A DNA stretch of 62,610 nucleotides, the filler included, from Choristocarpus tenellus KU-1152 (lineage: Eukaryota; Protista; Phaeophyceae), in the NCBI GenBank assembly GCA_964200185.2. It is 10 parts of 10 records of this genome, joined end to end, with 100 filler letters (N's around TTAATTAATTAA, not from the genome) between each part and the next. Parts side by side here need not be neighbours in the genome. Positions count along the whole stretch, not along the records: positions 48,571 to 53,105 come from CAXNAD020014112.1; positions 53,206 to 59,441 come from CAXNAD020008605.1; positions 59,542 to 62,610 come from CAXNAD020022536.1; 7 more parts are not named here. The stretch is one strand, 5' to 3'. Each line of letters opens with the position of its first letter. Within the stretch, counting starts at the first letter, position 1. Under the pieces are notes generated by a model, which did no database searches, was not told the DNA's origin, and worked only from the letters and a program-made list of their open reading frames with translations. This document shows positions 51,082 to 62,610 of the stretch, in pieces. The position numbers and the translations under genes were made by a program.

Positions 51082-52099
51082 GAGTCAATGATGGAGGGGT
51101 GTTCTTGGAGAAATGTGGAGTGGTGTTCCGTGGTGTGGTGTAGTGGAAGGTGGTGGAAAATGTTGTGGAGGAATTCTTGGACAAATCTGGAGTATTGTGG
51201 AGTGTTCTAGGACTGATGTTGAATGGTGTTGAGTGGTGAGGTGTAGATGAATGTTGTGTGGAAAGCGATGGAAAGTGATGAAAAATGTTGTGGAGGAAGG
51301 TGGATGGATTCATGAAAATTAGCCGCGTTGGTTGCTGACTGGAAACTGGTGGCGAAGATTGGTCGTACTGGTTGGTCACTGCAAGGTGGATTGGCCGCAT
51401 TGGTTGGTGACTGGAAACCATTGAGAAAGATTGGTCACACTGGGTGTTCACCAGTGGTGTTGCAATGGTGGAGGAGGAGTGGAATGGATGGAATGCTAAG
51501 ACAAGGCTTACTACTAATCCAGAATTCGTGAGGAAAGCAAGGCCTTCACATACAACACGTCTCAGCACGCAGATCCGAAACTATCAACAACAGCAATAGT
51601 GAAATGTGCAGTCAGCTGTGTGTAGTGACACCTCGTGATGGTTATGTGGATTCTGTGACTTTTGACACGTCCAGCAGTCACACGTCTGGTTGGGTACATG
51701 TGAGGAAAAGAATGAATAACCGAACCTTTTCAGTTCAGTTATGCGTTCATAAAAAAAAAACGTTTTCGACCAGATTGATCTCAATTCTCAGAACACTACT
51801 TCTATGACGGTTTCAGGATCACTTTAATGTAGAACAAAAAGGGACGTCTTTGGCAGTACACCTGTGATGGGTCAAAGTGTAACTGTAATCTGCAACTCAC
51901 AAATACATGAGTTGCTAATCTCTAGGTAGAAGAAATCCACAAAAGAATGGGCTTGTTGAGTATCCCACGGTTCCTGCGTTAAGCTTTCTTGCGTCTCCAT
52001 TAACGAATTTTATGTATTATGGCTGTCGAAGCAATTATAGATAGAAGAGAGGGCAGTGAAGTTCCAGCAGGGCAGGCGCCCGAGCGGCCTGAGACCAGG

Positions 52100-52870
52100 A
52101 GCGATGAGAAGGATTGGGAGACCACAGAGTATAGTGGGAATACCAAGGAAATAACGCCAAGATTGCAAGAAATCGACAGGAGTATCATGGGATGTGCGAT
52201 CAGCTCTGTCATGCCAATATTTCTCCATACCACAAGGGTAGGTTCCTCTTCCATAAATCTAAAGGCTCTCTTTGCAAACAATTTTTCTCAGATTCTCCTC
52301 TAGTATAATCTCGATACCTCTATCCCTGTAGGCGTTCAATTAACACCCCGTTCTCCAACCTCACCGGATGTTTCATCGACACTGAGAGGCCAGCAATTTG
52401 CCGGCCTTCACCGTAACACTGAAGACAACTCTTCACGTTTTGTGTCGTCGGCAAGGTTCCCATCATCGACCGTCGTGCTGGGCGAGTGGTGTCTGCAACC
52501 GATCTGAACGGAAATCTTCAGCATACCAAGTCCAACGAAAAGCGAATTTACCCTCCAGATCTGTCATTATGCCTACGAGATCACACTCCCGCAATGATGA
52601 GCCCGTCAAAGTGCAAAGTTCGCCCATGTCGGTCAGTACGAGGCCCTCGTGGATCTCCTTTTGTCAAACCATGTGCATTTCCCCGACCTAGACGTGGTCG
52701 GGGTTGTAACATTAGTCCATGGGTTATTGAGGAGGAAAACGAGAGGGCAATGCGGGCAGAAAGTCACGAGCGAGCCTTGTCCAAGGCGAGTTGCTTGCTC
52801 AATATTGTTTACTGTTGTGCAAATATTGGTGTATAGTTGCGTCAAGAGGCTGGGTGATTTCTAGGAACAA
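52100..52870 (-). pseudogene. Possible highly degenerate non-LTR (LINE) reverse-transcriptase relic
   Basis: Across frameshifts the fragments LLTQLYTN...LGQGSL(LS), NLADDTK and WRYFLGIP occur in the order of LINE RT motifs QG..LS, YADD and YLG. Confidence 0.35.
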
Positions 52871-53062
52871 TGGAGTATATCATAGTCACATGGACGTTAC
52901 TCGAGACTAATTATTTATTTCTCGTTGTTTTCTCTCTGTCAGCATACGACTCTTTCACTTTCTAGTGTTTTGCTTTCCGTATAATATCCCTTATTTATAT
53001 ACTTCGACAATGACCTGAGGACACAGTCGCTAGACTTGCACACACATACAGACAACTTTCCA

Positions 53063-53064
<2 letters not shown>

Positions 53065-53105
<41 letters not shown>
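53065..53105. repeat. (CA)n microsatellite at contig end
   Basis: Directly visible. An (AT)n run is also present at ~13843-13867. Confidence 0.9.
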
Positions 53106-53679
53106 NNNNNNNNNNNNNNNNNNNNNNNNNNNNNNNNNNNNNNNNNNNNTTAATTAATTAANNNNNNNNNNNNNNNNNNNNNNNNNNNNNNNNNNNNNNN
53201 NNNNNGGCAAGACAAAAAAAGAAGGGATAAAGGGGAGGGGGGGGGGGGAATCATCCTCCAGAGTAGAATTTACTTGTGATAGACAGCTTGGTCTTCACTG
53301 GGGAGCTCACTGCCCAGCCTAAGTTTGATGCTAAAAGGGAAAAATGTCTCAGACAGGTTCTGCACAATGTTATGTGTGTGCATGTGTGAGTTGTTGCCCT
53401 GCTAAGGGAGGTGGTACAGAGGCCAAGTAGCCAAAGTGAACGATAGGCTGCCCAAGTTTTGGTCATTTTGCATTTTAAGCCAGTTTTTTAATCTATCGCA
53501 ATTCACCCATATTTCACAGGAGGAAGTGCCCAGTTTGACTCGATAGCGTTGATTCATCTATAGTTTGAAACTTTCCAATTGCATGCTGAAAATATCCGGT
53601 ACGCATTTGGAAAAAAACGAAAGTGAATTTTGTACATATTATCCGTAGGCATCCTTAAAATGCATCTTTGGGTACCTCT

Positions 53680-53860
53680 GACTCAAAGTATCTGGAGGGG
53701 GGATGGCAGCTGTCCATTTGGGGTCAACTTTTTCACATCACGATTTTTGGGTGATTTGGTTGCATATATCGAATGAATAGTGGAAATTCACTTTTCCTTA
53801 TTTTGACCCAAATGGACACCCTGGTGTAGACCACCCCCCCCCTACCAGATACTTTAACCC
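53680..53860 (+). mobile_element. MITE family C copy
   Basis: GACTCAAAGTATCTGG...CCAGATACTTTAACCC. Confidence 0.85.
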
Positions 53861-55361
53861 GCTTGTTTACTTTGACCTCCACATGGCAAGCTTTCTATCT
53901 CACACATGGATGCCGAAGCTTTCCTCCCCACAGAAGACCAATCCGCTCTAGCAAGGACACAAAGAAAAGGATGGCTGATACATGTATGCATGCAGGAGGA
54001 AGGAGATGTTAACAACCACCCCACCTCTGCATAAAGTACAACGCACGCGGCACGAGTTTCAGACTGAGCTTGAAAAGGCTGTTGTGCAATCCCCATTCCC
54101 CAAACTCACAACCCATCGGCGGGGAGCAGTGGTAGTGCCACAATGAGGTGTTTGGATGAGCAAGAAGATAGCGATGCAATCACTGGGCTAACAAGTCTAC
54201 CACCTAGGGAGCATCTCAGGACAAACAATGGATTTTTTTATATTAAGAGTGTGCATTGCAAATGGTCCTAGATTGGACGTAGCCAACAATTTCCGCATCA
54301 TCAATGTTTAGGTGAGATGGGCTGCAAGGGAAGTGGGAACTCGAGGGAGGGAATGGACTACGAGAACTGAAGACAGATGAGAGAGTGAATCTCTCTGAAG
54401 AAGGGGACTTGATGGGACAGAACCAGATGATTGTGTGGGTGTTCTGTATCGAGCTGACTGTATGATCTGAGAAGTGGGTCCCTGTTTACTCTCCGTGGAA
54501 TTTCTCACCTTTTCCCCAGGGCATACCGGTGGAGAACAAGTCGAATCAGAGGGTACCTGGTACTCCAAACGAGATACTCCTCGTTTCAAAGTACCCCGCT
54601 CCTCGAGTACCACACCTTGGTCCCATCAGGGCATTTCCTCCATTCGCAAGGACAGCCCGGACTTGAGTGACACCATGCACTACCAATCAGCCTCTGCAGT
54701 ATTCACAGCGGAAAGGATTGCAAGACCAAAGGTTTTGGACAAGAAGAGAGGGTTGAGGCAAGGCATTTGTGTGTGTATGTGTGTGTGTATGTGTGTGTGG
54801 CGCAAAGACAGGTTGGCGTGCAGTGAAACAGTTTGATGACTCAGTCCCACAGAGCAGTGATCGGTTGGGAGTGTACATCGAGGTGCCTCGTCTTAGGCTG
54901 CCTAGCTTTACGTTTCCGAATACGAGAGAATAACAATCAATGTGTGTTCGGTGCTTGCTCATCTTCAATCTATACATTACAACTCATGAATTCATAAGAA
55001 TAATCAAGCCCGTGACCCTCTCATACATCAGTAGTGGGAGCAATGAGTGAAGTTAGTATTCCAAACCCAAGTGAAAGCAAATGAAGCAGCGATCCCTTGG
55101 ACGGAGATGCCAATTGGGGCAAGTTGTGACGCTGCCTCAAGAACAGCCCTTATCAATTTCATCCGAGTGGGTTATTCAGTAGTGCTTGTTCCGCAGCAGT
55201 AAGATCTCAGCTACTTCTCTCCAAACTCCAATCGATGTACATACAGTGTGAGGAACGAATCAAGCACACACTCCTTTTTGCTCTTACTCTTCCCCCGAAG
55301 TAATTTGTGAAAATCTACCTTGGTCAAAGACCCCGATTAGAAGGCGAAAACATAAATTCAA

Positions 55362-55539
55362 GGCTCAAAGTATATGGGGGGGTGGCCGCTGTCCATTTGG
55401 GATCAATTTTTTCATATCGCGATTTTTGGGCGATTTGGTTACATACGTCGGATGGATAATGTAAATCCACTTTTCCCGATTTTGAGCCAAAATGGATACC
55501 CTGGTGTAGACCCCCCCACCCCTCCAGATACTTTGGATC
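55362..55539 (+). mobile_element. MITE family C copy
   Basis: TIRs with a 4-bp flanking repeat TCAA. Confidence 0.9.
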
Positions 55540-56435
55540 TCAATATCTTTCTTCCTCTCCCGTGGCTACCTATACATAGCTCACCCCAACTGCCCGTGAT
55601 AGGACACGGCCCATCTCACAACCTCTTCTGGAGAGACGCGCAAGAGGAGGATCTATACCTCTTCATCTTCTCCTGTATATTGGTCTTGAAAGAAAACTCA
55701 CGGGACCTCTAATGCTTGCATAATCGCTTGCAAGTTGCACACAGTCACCCCCCCCAAGTTGGACCTGAGTTAGTTTTGGAGTCCTTGAATTGACGCCTCC
55801 TTCGATTTTCTACCAGTTTCGAAACCGCCATTTAATAGAACGATAAGTAAGATCTGGACATTCCCGTTCACAGGGACCAATCCATGTCGTGGAAGTGGAT
55901 CTAATCTCTTATTTGCTAGATCTGACTAATCGTAAGACTGGAATATTTTACACTTCAACATGTTGGCTAGTACTGCTACTAAAATAATCAGAAGAATATT
56001 GCATTATACAATGGAGCACATAAAATTATGTTCTTCGATATTTTCCATTAACTTGGAGGTAAGGTCTAGATAGAATTTTCCATCAAAAGTTTTTGGAAGG
56101 ATGGTGAAAAGAAAGGAATTGAATCTCAATATAATTCTATCCAATCCCAAATATTATACTCACTTGTAACTACTGCTACTGAACGGAATTATAATACCGG
56201 TATGTACAATGTGATTCAAGGAAGGATTGATTTGGGACATTATAACATTCATGATAATATTGGATTATAGTATGATACGGACGGAGTAGATACAATTATG
56301 TTCTTCGACAGTTTCCATTAAATTCCGAAGGTCTGGCGGATCAAAACCATATGAATGGAATTATAATACTCGCATCTACCATTAAGGTAGATTGATTTGG
56401 ACATTACAATACCAAATATTGTACTGTTATTTTTG

Positions 56436-57365
56436 TGTAACAGAGGGTTGCCATCACCGAAATCTCTTAAACTGATTTTCACTAACGCGAAGATTGTCCT
56501 CTAATTGGTCAGTTCACGTATCACATTCAGGTGACATTGTGGTTTGGGGAAGGCAGTAGACGTCAAAGCAGGGTGGAACCAAGACCTCGATTTGAAATCC
56601 ACAGCCAGAGCCCTCCCAGTCACGCACTACGCACACGCATGGGTCCCAAGATGTCCGAGATTATAGAAGAAGGAATGAGAAAAGAGTAGGTGGAGATTGC
56701 GAAAGTGGTTCGAGGTTGTGAGATGGGCTCCCGTCACGGCAACATGAAGAGCGAGATACTTTTCCCGAGAAGTTTGAGAGCCATACTCTGACCATCTCTA
56801 GGTTTCGGGAGATCTACAACATTCAGAAGGATGCTGGCGATATGGATCTCTACATTAGTCGGACACAGGAGGGAAATTCTGGGCGCTCTGCATGACAGCA
56901 CGAAGAAGAAGCTCGGTTTGAGGGCATAGTCAACCTATCTCAACTCCACCCGTTCCTTACCGATGAGTGCGGGTTACGAAGGCTGGGGTGGGCAAAGTAC
57001 TCGGTCACTGAGGGAGAAGCAGGTTCGAAGACCTTATCCAAGTTCCTTACTGATGAATGCAAGTTGCAAAGGCCGAGGTGAGCAAAGTACTGGGTCGCCG
57101 AGGGACAAGCAGGGTCGAGGGTCTTCCACCAAATCGAAGGCTTCATCTATGTGAACTAGAGGTGGTTTTGATCTAGACAGACGAGCAGAAGTACTACCTA
57201 TACGATTACGACGATCTTCTTGTACGCAAGGTGCAGTGCAAGGGTCGTACCAACCGTAGACCCAAGACTTCCCCACATTTCTGTCAGTCCAAATCAATGG
57301 AGCAATCCTGCCAAGAGGCATATTTTGAATTATACACTCCGCAAGGTCTTAAAAATAGGGTTACA
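56436..57365. mobile_element. Probable solo LTR (~930 bp)
   Basis: Starts TGTAAC and ends GTTACA (6-bp inverted termini, TG...CA). Flanks TTTTTG/GTTTTG nearly match. It has an internal imperfect duplication (GCAAAGTACT.GGTC.C.GAGGGA.AAGCAGG.TCGA at ~56992 and ~57082) and no coding signal. Confidence 0.55.
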
Positions 57366-59541
57366 GTTTTGGCGGCGGTACAGGATGACTAAGAAATGTA
57401 AATGATGAGCGTATATGTGGGATTTGTTATACCCTTAGGTGGGGTAGTCACTTGTAATGTGTAGAACAATGTGGTGGTGGGGGGGATGAGAGTGCCTAGC
57501 ACCATGCGGAGAATGTCCCTGATTGACCCATTTGTCATGCATTGTGTGGCTCGTTGATGTATGGATGGAGTTTAAATCGCCCTTGCATAGTTATGGACTA
57601 GTGGAGTAGGTACCGTTTGGTTGCCTTGCTGCTTCCTTAGGGAAGGGAGATGAAGAACCGTGGGGATGAATGAGTGGGCTGGGATGGAAGGCGGTTGGGC
57701 AAAGAACAGTATGAGAGCAGTGGTGTGTGCTCGGTAGGCACTTCAAGCCTGGTCGTTGTCGTGCATAAAATCATGGGGGAAATTAGTGCTTTTTTGGAGG
57801 TTGTCTTTTCGTTCAGTTGATGCATTGAATGCATGGGTGTAGTATTTAGTTGTAGTCAGAAAAGAAGAGAGGCGCCACATCAAACGGCAGAAAAGAGAAC
57901 AAAATGAAGAGTCTGAATTACGAAGATATAAAATATAAACAGTAACATTGGTTATTGTAGTTCCGTTTAGAAAGGGATTGGAATGGGCTTAGAGGTTCGA
58001 TGGGTTGTGTTGTGATTTATTCACTTTTGGGCAGTATAACTGGTGACGACTCAGACATGAGTGTTTTTTTGCTGTCTGCAAGAATAGAGAGCTTGAGGGA
58101 GAGGGAGATCAAGAGAAGAAGGTATATTTCGAAACATTGACCTTCATAATAGGGAGGACTTCCTAACTGTAATCACACACACACACACAAAAGTGATGTT
58201 GGTTGGGTAAAACGATGCGCATGTGTGCGTTTGTAGTCCTGCTACAGTCAAAACGTCCCTATCAATGCTGCGTCATGCCAGCACTATGTTTGTCCTAGGT
58301 GTGTTCAGGTGGAACAGTTGTATATCTATATTGGAGAACTGTCCTTCTCAATGCACACACCCTTGGAAGGGGTAGAAGAAGGTACTACCGTACTTGGTAA
58401 GGAGGCGTAGGCTAAAAACGAGGGTTCTCATAAAAAGAGGGTTGTATTTTGTGAGTGATTGTGGATGGTTTTGTGATATTCTGGTTCAGAAGAGTTACGA
58501 TTAGGGGAGGAAGAGTGGATAATTCAAGTCGGAAGTGCACGTAAGCAAATCTGCTTTTGCTACACACAACATATCATTTAGGCTATTTTGGTCAAGCACT
58601 AGTAGAACACAGCTTGCATATTTTCGTGCGATGACGTTACGCACAATTGTAGGGTTAGGGCTAGTTGTTTGGTTGGGGTTAGGTGACTGTCAATAACATC
58701 AAGATCTTCAATGCCTACAAGGTGGCAGGTTGACGGTCTCACTAGTTCTGTGCTCGGTGCAGCTATGGTAAGTGTAACAACCCTATCCAGAATGATGAAG
58801 ATTGTCGTTCAAGCTTGATCATGTTCATGATGTCTTTCAGTTTGTGGCACAATTTTTTTTTCCTCTCTATTTTCTCGAGATGGGGTGGGAGAGGGGGTAG
58901 GGAGATGGGTGTCTGGCTAGAGTTCCGACTCTCTACTAGCTCTGTGACGTTGCTCTGTGGGCTGTGCTGTGAGAGCTCTAGAGCTCTGCTCTTCCGGTGA
59001 TGCTAAGACAAAGTGATTGTACATGTTTGTACTGTCAATACTGGATACTGACAATAACAAATTCATACATGGCGAACAAATTTTTTTCAAGTACAAAATT
59101 GGAAACAATGTTCTAATAGAATGAAACATCTACCTCTGGTTAGTTTTTTCTATTTGTATTATCCATATGCATTGCATATATCCTGAGTCGAATGTACAGA
59201 ATGGAACTGCACACCAATCAAAATTGACCCTCCTCCTTACCCCCCCTCTCTGTTCCTCCTCACTTTTATATTTCCAACATTCCACATATTTTCAACAGTA
59301 GACTTGGACTTACTGTACAACCATTAGAAGGAATTCTCAAATGGGACACAAACGTTTTCATCAACTGGTCCCCTTTTCCATTGCTTGTTGCTTAATCGCA
59401 TGTTATGATCAACGGGAGAAGTGAAGTAATGGGGTGGGGGGNNNNNNNNNNNNNNNNNNNNNNNNNNNNNNNNNNNNNNNNNNNNTTAATTAATTAANNN
59501 NNNNNNNNNNNNNNNNNNNNNNNNNNNNNNNNNNNNNNNNN

Positions 59542-59659
59542 CAGAGTAAGGGTATTGATGCTTCCTAACAAACACGATAGCCAAAAGTACATCAAAATCA
59601 CAACATTGGATTATGGCCCCCAAATGGACGCGGCTCTTCCCTCTAAGATACTTTGGTTC
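59542..59659 (-). mobile_element. MITE family A partial copy at contig start
   Basis: Ends ...CCCTCTAAGATACTTTGGTTC and matches the family A internal sequence. Confidence 0.8.
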
Positions 59660-59899
59660 ACGTGGGTTTGAAACCTAAGTGGCCTCCAGACAACGCACGG
59701 TCATGACAAGCATGGAGTACAAGACGGACTGACGAGTGAGGAACGACCAACTGGTCTCTAAACGTGCTCCTCTTAGGTAGATAGCCTGGTAAATACGAAC
59801 GATACAATAAGCCATTATGAAGGAAAAAATACGACATGGACGTCGTTGATTCCTTGTCGGGCGGTGGGGCGACGTTGGGGGACTGTAAATACCTGAACT

Positions 59900-62472
59900 A
59901 TGGTCCGAACTCGGATTCCAGCTCCTTGCGCAATTGCTCCTGGTCCAATGCAGGAAACACGGTAGTGGAACTACTAAATAGTTCACGATCACACAGAGCA
60001 TGAAGGAGCGGTACTTGTATCACGTACTTGAGTGGGGCTCCTTGTCATGTGATGTCTCGCTGAAATGGTACACGAACTGTTGTGAAATGAAAGGCGTTCT
60101 TGCCAATCAGGGATTGCACTGACGGCCTGCATAACACTATTATCAAGCAGAATTTTATCGGGACCAAGTTGGGGAATCACTAAAGCTTCAACTGGCAATG
60201 TGGTGTCACCCAGTGTAAGTTAAAAGCGAATAAATCCACGGATATGCAATGGTGAACCATTTCCTGTACGTAGATTTATTGCACCAGGTGGGACAGGATG
60301 CACATCGAAACGTTTCAGTTGAGGGTGATTGTGAACAAATATTTCTGAAATAAATGGTACATCACTAGCAGTGTCAATAGTCAAGTCATTTTCATCTTAT
60401 TCTTCAATGGTGCCAGATACACGAACCCTTTGTGATGAAAACGATAAGGGTTTGGGCATGGATGGGTATCTGCACAAAGAACTGTTGAACCAAGTTTCAT
60501 TATTATCACACGAGTTTGGTTGAACTAGTAGCAAAGAAAAATTATTAGTGACACGCATGCAGGCAATAAACGATGCCTGCGGGGCAAGAGGTGCAACTGG
60601 TGTCAACCTCTGACGCATGCCACTGCCTACGATGGTATCAACAACACCATGACTGTTCCCAAGTGGACAGGAATCAAATCCACCTGGGCACCCCTAGGGA
60701 CGAGGACCATAATGGTCCGGTACTGACTGTCTATCTTCGTGAACATGACTCCCACGACCCCTGCCTCTACAACGCAAGTGTGGCAAACGAACACCCCTCG
60801 GATTGTCCAGGCACGACTAGGTTGTGTGACCCTCATGAGTCACTGCCCGGCAATCCGGGTACTGGCACACACTATTTTGGTATTGATCCATGGTGTACTG
60901 GGGGTTGGACGGCGACTCTGCGTAGAGTGATGTGTCTTGGGGTCGTGTAGTTCTGTTGGTGGCCCTGGCTGTGGGAGGTGGATTAGTCAACGACCGAGCT
61001 GGGGCCCTGTTGAGAGGTGTTTCCCCCGCTCTGTGACGGTCCACCTCCGTACGTAGCCGTTGGTATTCGCGTTGTAACTTCTCAAATTCTGTACAGGGGA
61101 CCTGTCCACGACGAGGATTATGGGTCACAGCGCTAGTACAAGTTGTTGTGGGGGTGGGGTTATTGCCAGACAGATTGTTAGCTTCATGCCGCTTGGCATG
61201 GTTACGATCTTGGGCAAATGAGGTGGCGGGTTCGTCCCGAATCTATTCAAGACGAATTTCAGGGAGTAAACCCTCTTCCATCAGGGTTATTTTCAGTTGC
61301 TCGACAAGTAAAGTTTTTGTGTCGACTGAATCTGAGGATGATGTTGTGCGATGAATATCATCTAAAAAACGATTCATTGCTGTTGTGCAACGTAAGGTAT
61401 GTTTGTCAACCGACTCGTTCTCCACCTGTTTCAAGGACGTTAGTCTACAAGCTGATACACTTACAGCATGGGCGGGGGTAAACACCGTGATCAAGACTTT
61501 CTGGACATCATCCCAAGTTTTTTGGAGGTGTAATGGGGACAGGGGTGTCAAGGGAAGATTGCAATCGAGCCAAATCACTTGTTGGACGCCACTCTACCAT
61601 ACTCGCCAACGCCTGAAAATAAAGGGTTTCAGCTGGTCCTTGAAGAAGTTTCGGTAAAACTTCTACACACCGAGCATTAATCATGTCAGGGGATGCGGGA
61701 CCATACTGACTAGAATGCAAGGATATTGCCACGTGCCATTTAGAGAACAGGAATGGCGAATTTTCTTCTCCAGAACCTGTAATTATCAGACCCGATGGTA
61801 TTTCCGAAGCGGAAAACCTGAAACAACTCCCTTCTGACAGCGGTTGTGGGTGTATGACGTCGCTACTCTGTTCAACGGATCTTACGTGATCGGTGCCCGT
61901 TCCCCGAACTTGGATCCTTAGCAGGTCCTGAAGCCATTCAGGAGGCACGATATTTGGTCTTGTACACTCGTTGACGTGGTGCGCGATGAACGCTGGTACA
62001 GCATCACCGAACTTGGCCTGCAAAATAGCCACCTCACAAGTAGTAGAACTTGGAGGTGGGACCGGTTCTTCCTGAAACAGGACCCGACGAGTGTCACAGT
62101 CGCCCGAGCTAACATGATGCTCAAGGGTTGACGACACGGGTCTGGCATGAGCTTGACGATCTGTAAGAGGGGAAGGGGGGGAACCGCGTCTATGTTCAGC
62201 AAGTGTTATTTTACTGGATGATGTAGAGTTGACACTAGACGAGTCAGAATCGATATGGGTTGAAGACTCCATGTCTTCCGTAGACTTGTGACCTTGGACT
62301 TCTCTTCTGGTGTTCTGGATGTTTCCAGATCTGGAGTTATGCGCTCCTGTGCACGACGTCCTCGATCTTGAGTTCGGCATCTTTCGTCCATGGTAAAACA
62401 GAAATTCCCCATCACCCTATTTCTGAGGTCACTTGTGTCGCCAATGTGAATTGTGTGATTCTGTGGCGGCAT
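59900..62472 (-). mobile_element. Degenerate Ty3/Gypsy-type LTR retrotransposon gag-protease region
   Basis: Broken ORFs give gag-like TWDDVQKVLITVFTP...LTSLKQVENESVDKHTLR, an atypical zinc knuckle CQYPDC...GHTT*SC (~60870-60810), and an aspartic protease LTIDTASDVPFIS (60375-60364)...TGNGSPLHIRG...VIPQLGPDKILLD. Stops and frameshifts are present and RT is not seen. Confidence 0.75.
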
Positions 62473-62610
62473 GGTTCACTCAGGCAAGGGCGGTGAAGAG
62501 ATCACTGGGCAAGACGGACCAGAAGAACAAGGATGAACTGTAACCGAGGGTACGAGGTTAAGGTTGGACAAGTAGTGCAAATTGAGGAGTCATCAGCATC
62601 TTCAAAGAAG

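Noticed and set aside
51038-51568. 176-aa ORF
   Set aside because: It arises from low-complexity GTG-rich sequence with an imperfect ~72-bp duplication and runs into a MITE, with no domain signal.
54520-54731. Possible + strand exon (GHTGGEQVESEG...ARPK)
   Set aside because: Splice sites are plausible, but there is no recognisable domain and no partner exon could be joined confidently.
7187-59541. Recurrent TTAATTAATTAA palindrome
   Set aside because: Always centred in an identical 100-bp N spacer. It is an artificial six-frame-stop contig linker, not biology.

Overview
Eukaryotic, intron-rich, transposon-rich genomic DNA. It is most likely from a photosynthetic, flagellate-stage stramenopile such as a brown alga or close relative; this is inferred from an ASAFAP-type plastid presequence, two axonemal genes and TTAGGG-like repeats. 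The window is a concatenation of about 10 contigs joined by artificial 100-bp N44-TTAATTAATTAA-N44 linkers, so adjacency across linkers is unproven. Manual splicing recovers three complete in-frame genes on the minus strand: a plastid-targeted GNAT acetyltransferase, enkurin, and an LxCxE-bearing D-type-like cyclin. It also recovers four internal exons of a CCDC151/ODAD3-family dynein docking gene. The rest is about 28 copies of three related MITE families, a degenerate Ty3/Gypsy gag-protease, a probable solo LTR, a possible LINE RT relic and tandem arrays. The most notable items are (i) a spliced, decayed gene for a ParB/Srx-fold (DGNHR) plus HTH protein directly downstream of a ~260-bp tandem array with a hairpin, (ii) repeated conversion of near-cognate MITE sequence into perfect telomeric CCCTAACCCTAA, and (iii) two diverged relics of an unrecognised protein family.
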